64,000 nucleotides of DNA from Glaucostegus cemiculus. Taxonomy: Eukaryota. Of the stretch, positions 1 through 12,904 are shown one piece after another. The position numbers and the translations under genes were made by a program. Position 1 is the stretch's first letter; each line of letters opens with the position of its first letter. The DNA lies in NCBI GenBank assembly GCA_976551045.1, contig CDPCPM010000387.1, positions 620,001 through 684,000 of the forward strand, written 5' to 3'. Below the pieces are notes generated by a model. It searched no databases. It was given only the letters and a program-made list of their open reading frames with translations, and had not been told where the DNA came from.

Positions 1-504
1 TTCTATAACTTTCAGTCATCCATCACCTGCGATGCCTGTTTCTATGCATCTTAAAAGGGACCTTCCTGAGCATGTTCCAGACCAACACAGGGAGACCAAC
101 TTGAGGTCTCAGTAGCCAACTTTCATTTTGATTTTCCCTGCCAACCCTCACCGAACTGCACCTCCCAACCTACTGATCACACTCCCCACCAGACTATCAC
201 TCCCTGCCTCTCACCCACGTCTCACTAACTTCCGCTGACTACTAACCACAAACCGTGCCCCAGACTCAACTAATCCATGCCACCCCTGACACCCCAACCC
301 ACTACCAGCCCTGGTGGACCATGCATAAGGAAGGTTTATGCATATACTCTCATTGAGTACTGCACGGTAACACCTTGATACATCTTTACTGGTGCTGATC
401 AAATTCTAGGCCTTGCAATCCAACTGTAGTTCTTTACCAAATTCTTTGTTGGACTATTGATTGAAGTACTCCAGCCAGCTTAAGAGCAAAACTGTTAATT
501 TTCA

Positions 505-700
505 GATGAGATGTTAGATCAAGGCCTTGCTGCTGTCGCTCAATCAACATCAATTTTAAAGAAAAATAATTACCTTCTTACTATTTGTGGCACAAATTGT
601 CTGTGTCCTATATTACTACACTTAAAGTATTTATTGACAATAAACTGTTTTAGGATGACTTAAGCTTGTGAACGATGCAATATAAGTGGAAATCTGTCTT
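505..700 (+). mobile_element. Decayed Deu-domain SINE (SacSINE1/AmnSINE-like) fragment
   Basis: gagatgttagatcaaggcc…ctcaatcaacatca…tttgtgg…caaatt…ttaggatg…tataagtggaaatctgtcttt; shares motifs with the copies at 36640 and 39950. Confidence 0.55.
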
Positions 701-2494
701 TATTGCTGCCAACTGTATTTACTCCTATCCAGTTAAATCTCAAAACATTTTAATGTGAATATTAAATTAAACCTAATTCACATTTCAATTTTGTGTACTT
801 AGAATTTTAATAGCTAATATTGAATATCTTACAATTTATCCTATTTAATGCCATAAGCTGAAAAAACAGTAGTTTAAGGCCAGTAACACATACCAATGAG
901 ATTAGCAATATTAGAATGATTTAATGGTAAAACTGAAATAAATAAATGTTTAATTTGGCAGGCAAATTGATTAATAATGTATTGCAATATTGTAAGGTTT
1001 TAAAGGTTATATTTTGCAGATTGTATGTCTAGAATGCAGACATAGCTATTTGAATTCATTCAGAAGCAAAGAATATCTTTTGGTAGTATTTATTCAATGT
1101 GTATCTATTTTATAACCTGATAAAATTCATTTTAACAATTATGCACATGGTTAGAACAGGTAGCGAGGAAGGAAGCTACTAGCTTTTCTAATGGAAGCAT
1201 TACAGGATGCATACACATGATCCTCTTTTAAGCAAAAGTGAAAGCATCAGTATTGAATTCTTTCAATCCCACTTCATTCTTTGAATGCAACAATACTATA
1301 AAGTATGCTAACTTTTTTCCATGTAAACAGGAAATGAAATTTTTTTGAAATGTTACCACACTGGGCAATGTTTTAGGACCATGCTTTTCTTGCCCAAGTC
1401 TGTAATCTGTTAGGATTTGAACAGGGTAATCAATACAAGGCAATATTTTAGGATTCTGTACCATAAACTAAAAGCTAAAATTTAACATGGTGATAGCAGG
1501 AGACATTTAGCATAAGTCTGGAATATACATGAAAATGTCTATTTTTTGAAAAGTGAATCAATTTGTAGTTTGCATTAAAACTTAAAGCATACCTGTGTGG
1601 CACTTGGCAAACAAATTATTTTTTGCATTTCTAGGCTTATAAAACCTTCATGAGGGAAACTGTGTTTCTGGATTTTAATAGTAATACATATTTAAGCTTT
1701 TTAATATATATTTTACATAATTTTATATGGTAATTATAATACTTGGCTGAATGATAAGGACAGGTGGTTTAAATAGCACTTACAATAGCCCAACATATAA
1801 CTATTAAAATTAATTTCTGCAGTATATATTGTAGAAATGTTATATTTACCTACAAAAATATATTGCAATTCGTAAATCATTCGATCTGGTTGATTATACA
1901 GATTGTAACTGTTACTCATAATCAATGTCTTGTTGATATAGATGTATTTTTGCAATAAAATATAGGAAGATCTTTACTCTTACAGTTAAAGATCCTACTA
2001 GCAAAATCACATATTTCAATGTCAGTCATTCCTACAATTTTGCTACCATTAATTAAACAGAAATAAACATTCTACTTTCTTTAAGATAGTAATTTTGCCC
2101 AAAAATCCAGAATAAATTCTTTTCTGCATTAAACTGAACTTAATCATATGATATAAATGTATTTATGTGACTGATGACATTTATTAATTCCAAGTACCTC
2201 TAGCCTACCTGTTTATTGGTAGACAGTTCTCACTGAACTGCTACAGACTGAGATATGAACAACTAGAAATGTGATTTATGAAAACATTACAAGCTAATTC
2301 CATATTGCATTATCTTAGTTCATAGTAAGCTATACGCTCTAGCTCATCATTCGAATACTCCTTTTCCTTGGTGACATTATATAAACAATACTGTGAACAT
2401 GAACATTTCTTCAGATAAGTCATTGCTGTGAGCTCAAAAAAATGACATTCAAACCCTGTATTTTGGCAGTAATTTACATCATGTACCATTTCAG

Positions 2495-3307
2495 CGGGAG
2501 CAAAGTGCAAGAAGGCTAGCCTAGGAAGACATTCCACTGAAAAATCCACTGGAAATCCAGGGACCTCCCGAAAACCAGGGCTTCTAAATAAGGATGATTT
2601 TGAAAGACTTGAAATTACTAATCCTAACAAGGGTGGAAAACGTGGCAACAAAGATGGAGACTGCAGCCCAAGCCCTAAAAAAAAGAAGCTGGAACAATTC
2701 TTCAAAAGCAGCCACGACTTGCCTGTTGACACTCCAAGAGAAAAGCTCTGTTGTCCAGTTTCTGGTCGGGGTCCATATGAGCATGTATGTTCTATGAAGC
2801 AAGCTAGCAATCTTCATATAACTACCTCATCTCCTGTACCTCAAAGGTCTCAGTTTGTAGGCCGCAGTGGACAGGAACATGAAATCAGTAAATTGAATAC
2901 AGCACAAACAAAATATTCATCACCAATGGACAATCGAATTCCTGCTCGACAAAGGCTCAAGCATCAAGAGGGAGACACTTTCAACAGGCCAGGAACTTCC
3001 TCACAACAAAGTACTCTGTCTCAATCAAGCACCAGAGGTGAGATAGACTTCAGGTCCCAACAAAAAGTTAATGAAAAGCATTTAAGTTCTGGTTTTCTCC
3101 AAACAATGGACTCTGGGTTCCTTCAAAATACTGAAGAAAACAGCAGCGCTTTGCCACCAGAAAATTCAGGTGGGCGGCATGGGGCTGTGGCTGAGGAAGA
3201 TCTTCCAAAAAGCCAGCCCACATCGTACTGTCCAAATTGTGTAATACTACAAGAGAAAATTCGACAGCTCCAGGAGGAACTAGATCGATTGAAGTCTAAC
3301 TTGCCAG
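2495..3307 (+). CDS. PRDM11: PRDM11 internal coding exon (penultimate exon of the long isoform): NLS, linker, CPNC motif and coiled coil
   Basis: Acceptor catttcAG|cg at 2493-2494 and donor ccaG|GTaagt after 3307; 813 nt, open, phase 1 to phase 1. Translation contains GDCSPSPKKKKLEQFFK and PTSYCPNCVILQEKIRQLQEELDRLKS, matching recalled human PRDM11 segments (…PQAKKKKIDLIFK… and …[27 protein letters not shown]…). The track ORF 2719-3405 is part of this exon plus intron read-through. Confidence 0.9.
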
Positions 3308-3720
3308 GTAAGTCTACACATATGATGTGCCCTATCAAATTAGTGGTTCATATGCTTGTTTTTGCACTTTATTGTTGGGTTTCAAAGCTGTGGCTGGCAG
3401 TTTAACCAACCTATCCACTGTGGTTTTCATATTGTTTGTGAGGTGATATAGCTCACCCATAGGAAAATTATGCTGCTTTTTGTGGACAATGCTGGCCTGC
3501 TGATTGATCCAAGGAATAGCATTAGTGTTGCATAGCCATAGTTCTTATAAAGGGGGATGTGACCTGTTTAGATGTGTTGAATGGGGAAGAGTTGGAATGG
3601 GAGAGAAGAAGAGGACAGTGGGGAATTCAATCTATATTAGAAAGAAAGAGACAGTATCCTGTTTGTTGGCCTGCATAGGCTGTATTTTAAACCAATGCTT
3701 CCTTCACAGATTATCTTAAG

Positions 3721-3726
3721 AATAAA
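3721..3726 (+). terminator. Candidate poly(A) signal for an intron read-through short isoform
   Basis: AATAAA about 315 nt after the in-frame TAA at 3403-3405, followed by GT-rich sequence (ggtttgacttcaggtttgtg). Confidence 0.35.
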
Positions 3727-5959
3727 GGTTTGACTTCAGGTTTGTGAATGGAGGCTGACAATTTACAGGCCAGGTTAAACATGCATATAAATTTTCTTTA
3801 AGCAGAACAAAGCCTTTATGAATACCATTACACATGTAGTTGTAATACTCAGTGGAAAGTAAAATAGTACTGCAAATACCATGTAACTTTGTCATGTGTA
3901 TGTACTGGTTACAGTTGTATTCATTGCACTTAAGTTCAGTAATTTAGTAGAAACTAAGGATTTGTGCCAGCTCTTCAATGAGTCCAGATCCTTCTTGCTG
4001 CTAGACCTTTGGAGCAACATTACTTATACATTTTTATAATGAATACTTCTTACTTCTGTAATTTTTAGTTGTCTGCGGGAATAATTGAGGAAAATAATCA
4101 CAGTTAATGTGAGTTGCAAAGCTAGGAGTCAGTGAGGGAAGCAATAATATCCTCACAAAGGGGTGACAGGAAAACGAGAGAAGTAGGATTGGAGATTTTT
4201 GGAAGAAATGTACCGTGATCACTGTCAAAACTACTAATAGATTTTCTTTTCCCAACCAGGTTAGTCTAATCCTTAATCAGCTTACCTTAATATAACTTAT
4301 AATGAAGGCTGCTGAACATGGGGAATGTAACAGAACTTCAACTGATTTTGAGGGTTGGAGGCAAACTTTCAGTTATTTTTATTCTTTTTGTATTGCTCTT
4401 TAGGATCCTTCACAGAGTTAGAGTTACTTTTAGGTGCAGTCAATAAACAGTCTGATCTTTTAGTTCTAACTTAGACAATCACTTTCCTGCTTCCAGTTCT
4501 AGCAGATTGAAAAGATCAGAAATGCAGGTGCACCTACATGGCTAATTTCTCTGGTAGGATGCTAACCATTTCGAATGTATAAACAAAAAAACAGTTAAGC
4601 ATGCCAATGATCAGTCCTAAAACTTACAAAATGATAAACTTACAATATTCATTTCTCAGATTTCAAAATCCTCAGTCCTCTTGTACATTTCTAACGCTCA
4701 CAGATGCAAATTAAGTTTTGTTTATTACATCCTTTGTTTTAGATAATAGGGTGTTATTTTCATTTGATGTCTAAAGAACAATTGTAGCTAGTCTCAGCCA
4801 ACTATGAAGGAAATGTGTTTATTCACAGTAGTTCCTAATTAAAATTGTTTTTGTAGTCATTGAGGAACTTAAATTTATATTTAACCAAATTATTCAAATC
4901 AAGAATTACTAATGTGCATAAATGTGATAGAAGGTGACAAACAAAACCTAGCTTTGTTACATGAACATAAACAAAATATAGTGTGGTGATTCAGAAGAAT
5001 AGTTTGTATCTAATGGCCATGGATTATGGTAGGTGTGGTAGTCATTTCCAAGTATTTTGATTCAAATGTTATATACACAATGTTTGTATCATGTTTTCAA
5101 TGGAAAAAAATATTTTGATACTTTTCTATTTGTTTCTTCCATCACGAAACTGATGAACTTTATGTGGCAGAATGTTTTATGTTCATATTTTAGGGAGCTC
5201 TATAGCAATTCTTTTGAAGACTGTTTTAAAACTACCTTTTCAGATTTGTTTCTTAATGACATCATTTGACAGCAAATCACTTTTTAAAGATTGAAATCAT
5301 TATATTGTAAAAATGAAATTTTGTTTATGACTGGATAATTTGTTTACTGAAATAAACATTTTTAGAACTGTAGCATACAGTTCCAGGGTGTAAGGTGCTT
5401 TTTTGTCAGCAGATGGAGCTGTGGCATTTAGTGAATATTTTGGGTCAACAGTTTATTTGGGGTGATGACTGATGGCTCTTGCTTAACCTACAGAAGGTGA
5501 AATTTTATTATCTGTCCAGTAATCTGAGATATTAGCAACAGACTTCACTTAGTTTTACAGATGTGACCCAACCTCTTATAAAATCCAGTTTTAAAGGATT
5601 GTATGCTTTTATGACTGAGTAAAATCTACTACTGTTCCACTCTGTGTTCATGAATCACCAACCAAGAGAGCAAAGAAAGTGGTATATTCTGAAGCTCATA
5701 CCTTGTGTGATGAGGTATTAAGAAGTACAATTGTGTCCCCTTCAGACAATTAGGCTTTTCTCTGTAAGCATATATAGTTAAAGATTTTTTTTCCTGACAA
5801 TGTTAGTTATTTAATCTGCTACCTAATATAAGTTTGAGCTTGTGGGGAGATGCCAAACTTAAACATTTTTTCTGCAAACTGTCTAAACTTAATTTTTCCT
5901 AATAAGTTCATCCTGTTTTAGTGTACAAAATCATTACAGATATTTTATATTCCATTGAG

Positions 5960-6395
5960 TTTCATACTTGGTAAGACCGCAATAAGAATGCAATGTACAT
6001 TTGGTTTTCATAAAATAGGAAATATATAGAAGCTTTTCTCACAAAGAGGTAGAGAGCTAACCTAATGGAAATGTTTGAAATCATGGAAGATTTTGACAGA
6101 ATAAGGGAAACACTTTCTGAGGTACAGCAATATTGAAGGCCATCATTATAAAACAAGAAATCAAATAGGAAATTCAGAAGAAAAATCTTTAGAGAGCGGT
6201 GAGAGTTTGGATGCATTTAAGAAAAGAATGTAGAACATGATATTCTTAACAAAAGGCTAAATAAACACATGAAGGAAAAGGGAATGGTTGAATGTGCTGA
6301 TAGAATTGAGTAAGGAAGGGCAGGAGGAAGCAAGTGAAGCATAAGTACTGACATGGACTAATTGGATCAAAATGTCCATTTCTGTTCTGTGTAAT
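5960..6395 (+). mobile_element. Decayed CR1 LINE 3' fragment
   Basis: ttcagaagaaaaatcttt…gagagcggtgagagtttgg… and a terminal …ggatcaaaatgtccatttctgttctgtgtaattcta typical of CR1 3' ends. Confidence 0.55.
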
Positions 6396-9267
6396 TCTAA
6401 ATTGCTTAGTATGTGTTATGCCATAAATTAGATTCAAGTGCATAATACTTTTTAGTTTAATGAAATTGAAAACAGTCTATGTCTGGGTATCCAACCAGTT
6501 CTGGATTATTCAATGTTGCTTTGAAAATTTGACCTGCCACTATCATAAGTCACCCTTGCCACTCCAACATGAAATCTGTGTCAGGGTTGCACAGGATGAT
6601 TTAATTTTCCATGCAATACATCTGTCAGTGGGCACATGGGGAAATATGACATTACCAGCACAGCATTGGCTAGTATCCCTCCAGGTGAGTGAAATACTCA
6701 CCTAACTTCTTGCCCTATTTCCCTCCCAATGTAGTGTATCCTGATATTCCCTGATCTGCACGTCCCCTGACCGCCTTCCCTCCCCTTCCCTCTTACACCA
6801 GTGCCAGTAAAATTTCACCACATTCCCATTCTCCAACATTTTTCTTTTGGAGAAGTTCCAATACTTCCTTCAGACTCCACTTAGTGTTCAAGCTGAATGC
6901 CTGATCTCTGTAGTACTCCTTCTTGCAACTGTCTATAAAAACTAAAGTCCTGTGGTCATCCTCCTGAGTCCAACCTTTAGCATGCACCAGGGGTTCCAGG
7001 CCTAAATGTCTTACCTGAGCAATATGGGCTATTATATTTTTTTTAAATGGTAAACTAGTGGCTCACATTTAACAGTTGATAGATCACTTATTGATTTTAA
7101 TTGTACAATTTTATTCATCTATTTTTAAAAAATACAGAATAATGAGTCATGAAATTATTATAGCACAAAAAGCAAATCACTGAACTGCAGTGTTAATTTA
7201 CACCTTGTATCACTCTTAATTGTGATATTGAAGTATGGAGCACAATGATGAATTGTAAATGTTTGTCATTTCTAATTTACTAAGAAATATCTTGTTAAAC
7301 CTATTGCACGTGGTAGTGGCAGGAAAGTTGGGGCCTGTCACCTTTCTTGGTTGGACTAGGTGAGTGAGGAAGTTATGGAAGTTGCCTGGAAAGGTTTAGG
7401 TTAGTTACAAAGTGTATGTGATGGTGGAATATACTCTCATGTTAGCATCACTTACACAGTGATTTCTTCAGATTGCCATATAATTCAATATGTGTATGCA
7501 AAACATAAGGAATACAGCATGCATGGCAACTTTATAAACTGTATAAATAACACATTAAATTTACTTGCTTTTGCTAAGTTAGCAAACTGACATATCACCT
7601 GGAAGCTGATCCATATTTGGAGGATCCCTGATATGTTGTGTGCATCACATGGATGACATCACTTTTATATAGTTTTTGAGGTGTATTAAATCTTCATTCC
7701 ATCTCTTGAACCTCCACTGTACAGTAACTTTGTTTCTTCTGGAACTCAAAACTTACCAACAAGAAAAAAAATAGTAATAAAGCTGTGAAGTGCTATGATT
7801 ATGAGCTGACAACCTATTAATCTACTTGTTTAAATATATTGCTTTGTCTACTATCATATGCTAGGTTATTGTTGTAAAATACCCAACAAAACAATTCTTT
7901 TTCCCTTTATCAAAAAATGTACAGGCTCATTAGTGTATACATTTCTGACACATTTTTATTGCAACAGAGTATTTTAGAAATCAACCAGGATGTCTAAACT
8001 AAATGTGAAGAACATTTTCTTCTTAATCCAGCCTTAGATATATGAATAAATGGCTTTCTAGAGCAACACATGTGACCATCAACAATTTTTGTGACTCCTT
8101 AAGTTAAATGAGTAAAATGGCATGCTGTAAGGAAATAAGATCTTGGTGCACTCATTTCTTCATGCTGTTTTATGGTGAAACTAATGAAGATTTCTTTGAT
8201 TCCTCTCCTAATTATGACTAACTATTAAGCCTTTTGGTAAGTGAGCAATACTTTTTTTCTTGTTTCTGTGGTTGCTAAATCAGTAAAGAATTTATGTGAG
8301 TGATATTGACACACTTCTGAAGAGGTTATTTGGGCTCTGATGTTGGTGAACCAGAAGGCAAATGATTGCTGATAATCTAGAATATTCGAGGAGCCTTTTC
8401 TGTATCTTTTGAAATTACTAATGCATTTTCGCAATGCTACTGCTGAATTTTGATCACATCAAAAAAAAATAATAATCTCCAAGTGCTGTTATACACCAGT
8501 GGAACAGAGACTCTGATAACCGCAGTTCAATATCTGAGATCCTATCGAAAAGATGACATGGCAATAACAACAGATAAAGGTAAGAAGTTTATATTTTTGT
8601 TTAATTTGCTTAGTTAAGTATTGCCTTAATTTTGGGAAGAAAAGACGCTGTTAACAATCACACAATTCCAATTGGCAATTTATCTGTAGAAACCGTAATG
8701 CTGTTACATAGAGAATACTGAGGGAGACTGATAATACATGTAACTTATATCTGTGGGACAGACTTCAAAACTCCTTCTGGTGTGTGGAGGCTGTATATCG
8801 TAAATGGGATAGTAGTCCACACCATGTAGTTCCTGATTGTCTACTCACATAAAAATCACATTATTGATTTTTGCATATGGTGGATGTAACTGCAAATTCT
8901 ACATGTCTTTTTGAGTTACTTTCTCTGTAGTAAAATGAGTCTCCCATGATTGTAAACCCATTGAATTCTATGGGTCTGGAAAACACAATTGGAATCTGTC
9001 TGGCTGAAACCAGGTTTTTTTAAAGAAAAAAATTACTTTATTCATTTCCTGTAACCCTTGCCAGTTTCCTAGCCTTGAAACTGTGTAGTTCTTTTCAATT
9101 TACCAGTACTACCTGTTTTCATTGTCAGCAACAATTTGTTCTACATGTTCATCACTCCCTGTGTGAAGTAATAAAATCTGAACTATCCATTCACTTCTGT
9201 GCTTGAATTTTAATCCCTAGTTAGTTTGTGGTCATGCTAAATAACAAAGTAGGGTTTATTTTGTCTA

Positions 9268-10020
9268 TATAAGAACATAGGAAAACAAATACAAGCAGGA
9301 GTAGGCTATATGCCCCTTCATATCTGCTCCACCATTCAGTAAGATCAGTGCTGATCCTTTACCTCAGCATCATTGACCAGCACAACCCCATAGCCCTTGA
9401 TTCCCTAAATATCTAACAGTCTATCAGATCTGTCTTAAAACCTCCTCAGCCTTACTGGGTGGAGAATTCCAAAAATTGTCACTCTGTGGTTAAAGAATTT
9501 TCTTGTCACTTCAGTCCAGAATGGCCTGTTCCTAATTTTAAGACTGTGATCCCTATTTCTTGACACCCTGACAGGCAAAATATTATCTCTGCATCTATTT
9601 TGTCAAACTCTGTAAGAACTCTGTATACTTTGAAGAGATGAGCTCTTCTAAACTCAAAAGAATAGATGCAGTCTGTTTTATCTCTACTCGTGGGACCAGT
9701 CCATCCACTCCAGAAATCAATTTGGTGAACCTTCACTGCATTCCCTCCATTGCAAGTATATTCTTCCTTATACAGGGAGACCATTGTTCACAATATTCTA
9801 GGTGCCATCTCATTGGAGACTTAAATAATTGCAGGAAAATGCCTTCACCTTGTCTTTTTTCAACAGTTAAAATATTATTTGCCTTTTTAACTACTTGCTG
9901 CGCTTGCATGTTGACTTTCTCAATGATTTGTGTAAAAGGGAGTCCTTTTTTTCTTGGGGATATTGGTGAGGATATTCAAACTCACCAATATCCCCAAGAC
10001 CCATGGCATTCTCCTGACTC
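9268..10020 (-). mobile_element. CR1 LINE 3' fragment
   Basis: taagaacatagg…gcaggagtaggc…tctgctccaccattcagtaagatca… is the reverse complement of the CR1 tail; the minus-strand ORF has decayed YSFEFRRAHLFKVYRVLTEFDKIDAE (CR1 ORF2 C-terminus). Confidence 0.8.
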
Positions 10021-12127
10021 TTCCTTACAGATCTGGTATTTGGTTTCTAAATAGCTGCTTATTTACTCTCTCCAAACCTAGAATATTAAGAATTGAACTA
10101 TGGGCTGGTGAGCTCCATGCAAGCTCACAATTATCCTCTTCATAAGTTCTTCTTTAAATAAAATTTAAACTATTCATTCAAACAAAATTAGCTGGCTGTT
10201 TCTCACTTGTAGGGCACCACAGAACATTGAACTCCCAAAGTATCATAGGCTTAATACTTTTGCTAGGTTCTGGATTTCTACCTGCAATTTCTCTAGCCCA
10301 ATGAGTTTATAGTCAAAATTGTTCCTTTGAGGGAAACACACAGACTGAGGAACAACCATCACCATCTCAAAGAGGAAAACTAAAGTCCATGCTCAGAAAT
10401 TACATAAAAGGTATTTCTGAGTCACTGTACCAATTTTCTTTCTGGTGCACTTCACTGGATTATCAAACGTTTTTTTTACTTTGCATTTTGTGACAGTACT
10501 AAGTAGTCTTTAGCCAAGGAGAAAACAAATCAGTAGCAGGACTCCTGAAAGGAGTTGAACTACTCATGTAAATAAATACAGATTTGTTATCTGATGCATC
10601 TTGAAGTCCTCTGTGTACTGGACAGTTTATGATCGCATGTCCTGTATGCTTGTGATGAAACTGAGATGTTATCGTGTCCAGAATTATAAACAAAATAAAT
10701 TAACTTTACAACCAGATAAGACAAAATAGTAGGTTACTGTGTTGTACATTTGTTTCCCTGTTGTGAATTACTGATTTCAACCATGTGGTGAGGCTAATTG
10801 CAAGAATGATTCTCCCAGCATTGCCATTACATGCCTCTATTCACCTCGCACAGAAAAAGTTCTGAGCAAGATTAGACCTGCTTTAATTTTAGAAAAGTCC
10901 AGACCTCAAAACGTATGGTTTAATATGCTATATCTATAATTAACATTCTTCTTTATAATGAAAATTGAGAGTTCTTATAAGGGTTGGACTTTTCTACTGG
11001 ATTTTTTCTTTACTTGCATTTTGGTTAGATTTGATTAATTGCACAAAAGTGTGTAATTCTACAACATTCTAAAATATTTTTTGAATCACTGTAAAGAAAT
11101 GTGTACTTTATCAAAATATCATTAATTCCACCTCCCATCCTTGATCCTGCAAAGTTCTACTTCTTTTCAGATGCGGCTTCCAGAAGAACTTAAGACTTTA
11201 CATAACAGACAATTATCCTGCTGCACAAAGTAGTCTTGTGTGCTCAATGTGATGGTATATCTTAATAACCTATTAAGAAGTGATGGGAGCCAATCAAATA
11301 ATAGGTGGCATAGTGAATGTAATCCAGAATATTTCTGTATTCACCCACCTTAGCTATCTGATCAATCAAAACTTTAGCGGCTAGTGTACTCTTGCAGTGA
11401 TCCAGACAAATATTGCAACCATTGTTTTATTTGGTTTAATATTCACTCCCCTCTAACAAGTGAGAACTTGAAAAATATAAAGTAATTCCATTAGATGAAT
11501 CCTTCTGTATTGCTTTTTTCTGATTCTTGATGTAAGTGTTCTGGATTTTGTTATGAAGTAAACTATTTTCACCTGTAATAATAACACTCATTTTGTATTT
11601 AAAGGGAAACTTTGTCCTTCACAGCCAATATGGGAATAAAATCAAACATTTCCTAGTGCTTTAATTACAAATTCTTAACAGCTATTATCTTGTTCCATAA
11701 TTGAAAAAGTTGATGTATGAACAGTAACAGCAAATTATTGAACAAGAAGTGAATATCACCACTGGCTACCAAGATACAGCAAACCCCGAGGCTGACACCA
11801 AAATGTTTGGAGGATTTGCTTTCTTTCAAAAAGAAAAATGCTTCACAGCATTCTTTTCCCATCCAAATCACAAGAATAACAAACTGTCATATTCATTTGA
11901 TTAACCTGTGGAGAATAATGGAATGTTTTTTATTTCACAGGCTCATTTGTATTTTTTTTATAAGTAGAACTACTAACTAGAGTTTTAATATTAATTTACA
12001 AGTAGGTAAGCTATGTTATTTTAAGATTATTTGAGACTTTCTTGTTGCCATTTAAAATGATAAAAATGCTTTATTGTAAGGTTTCCTATCCTCAAATCAT
12101 TAAAACAAAATTATTCATTTAAATTAG

Positions 12128-12300
12128 AATAAAAATGGAAAATTCTGGAAATTTACAGCAAGACAGGCAGCATCTGTGATTCAGCATGTTTCAAGGTAAT
12201 CGACGATGTATTAACTCAATTTCTCTCTCCACAGATGCTGCCTGACCTGTTGTGTATTTCAAGCATTTTTTGTTTTTATTTCAGGTATCTGCATTTTTGT
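12128..12300. repeat. Fold-back element made of inverted Penelope-associated terminal repeat halves
   Basis: aaaaatggaaaattctggaaatttacagcaagacaggcagcatctgtg is complementary to cacagatgctgcctgacctgttgtgtatttcaagcattttttgttttt. Confidence 0.75.
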
Positions 12301-12904
12301 CTTTTGAGTAAGTGATTATAAGATTGAAATAAGTTCTATGCAATGTAAGTGTTCTGCTTAGTTATAGGAAATGGCAGATTTGATGTGCAAATCCAGTTTC
12401 TTCACTTGGAAGTTAGTCAAGCAACTTTTCTTCTTTTTGTGTGTTATAAAACACTAACAGCAATGGCAGCTCTGCATATATTTTAGTATTGAAATGGTCT
12501 TCAATATTCATGATCCAAAGACCTGCTAAGTTTACAATTTAAAATAGTATGCATTTTTTTATATTCCATTACTTAATAATAACATCATGCATTGTCGGGA
12601 ATATTCGAAGTGCATTGCAAGTCAAAGAAATATACAATGTATCCGAAGGTCATTGAGCCATTTGTACCTGAAATGATCAAAAACAGCAATCCACGTAAAA
12701 GGCACATTCGACTTTCCAGCTGAATATGTAGACTCTCAGGCAGTGGCATTTCAAGTACACATGCAAGTATTTTTGAAATGTGGTGAGAGTTTGTTCCTCT
12801 ACATTCCTTTCAGGTAGTAAGTTTCAGACACACCATTGGAGTGAAAATATTTTCTCTTGACTCCTCTATAATCCTTTTACCAATTACTTTACACTTATGC
12901 CAAT

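Noticed and set aside
2310-2817. Minus-strand ORFs of 166 and 77 aa
   Set aside because: Antisense shadows of the PRDM11 coding exon with no recognisable motifs.
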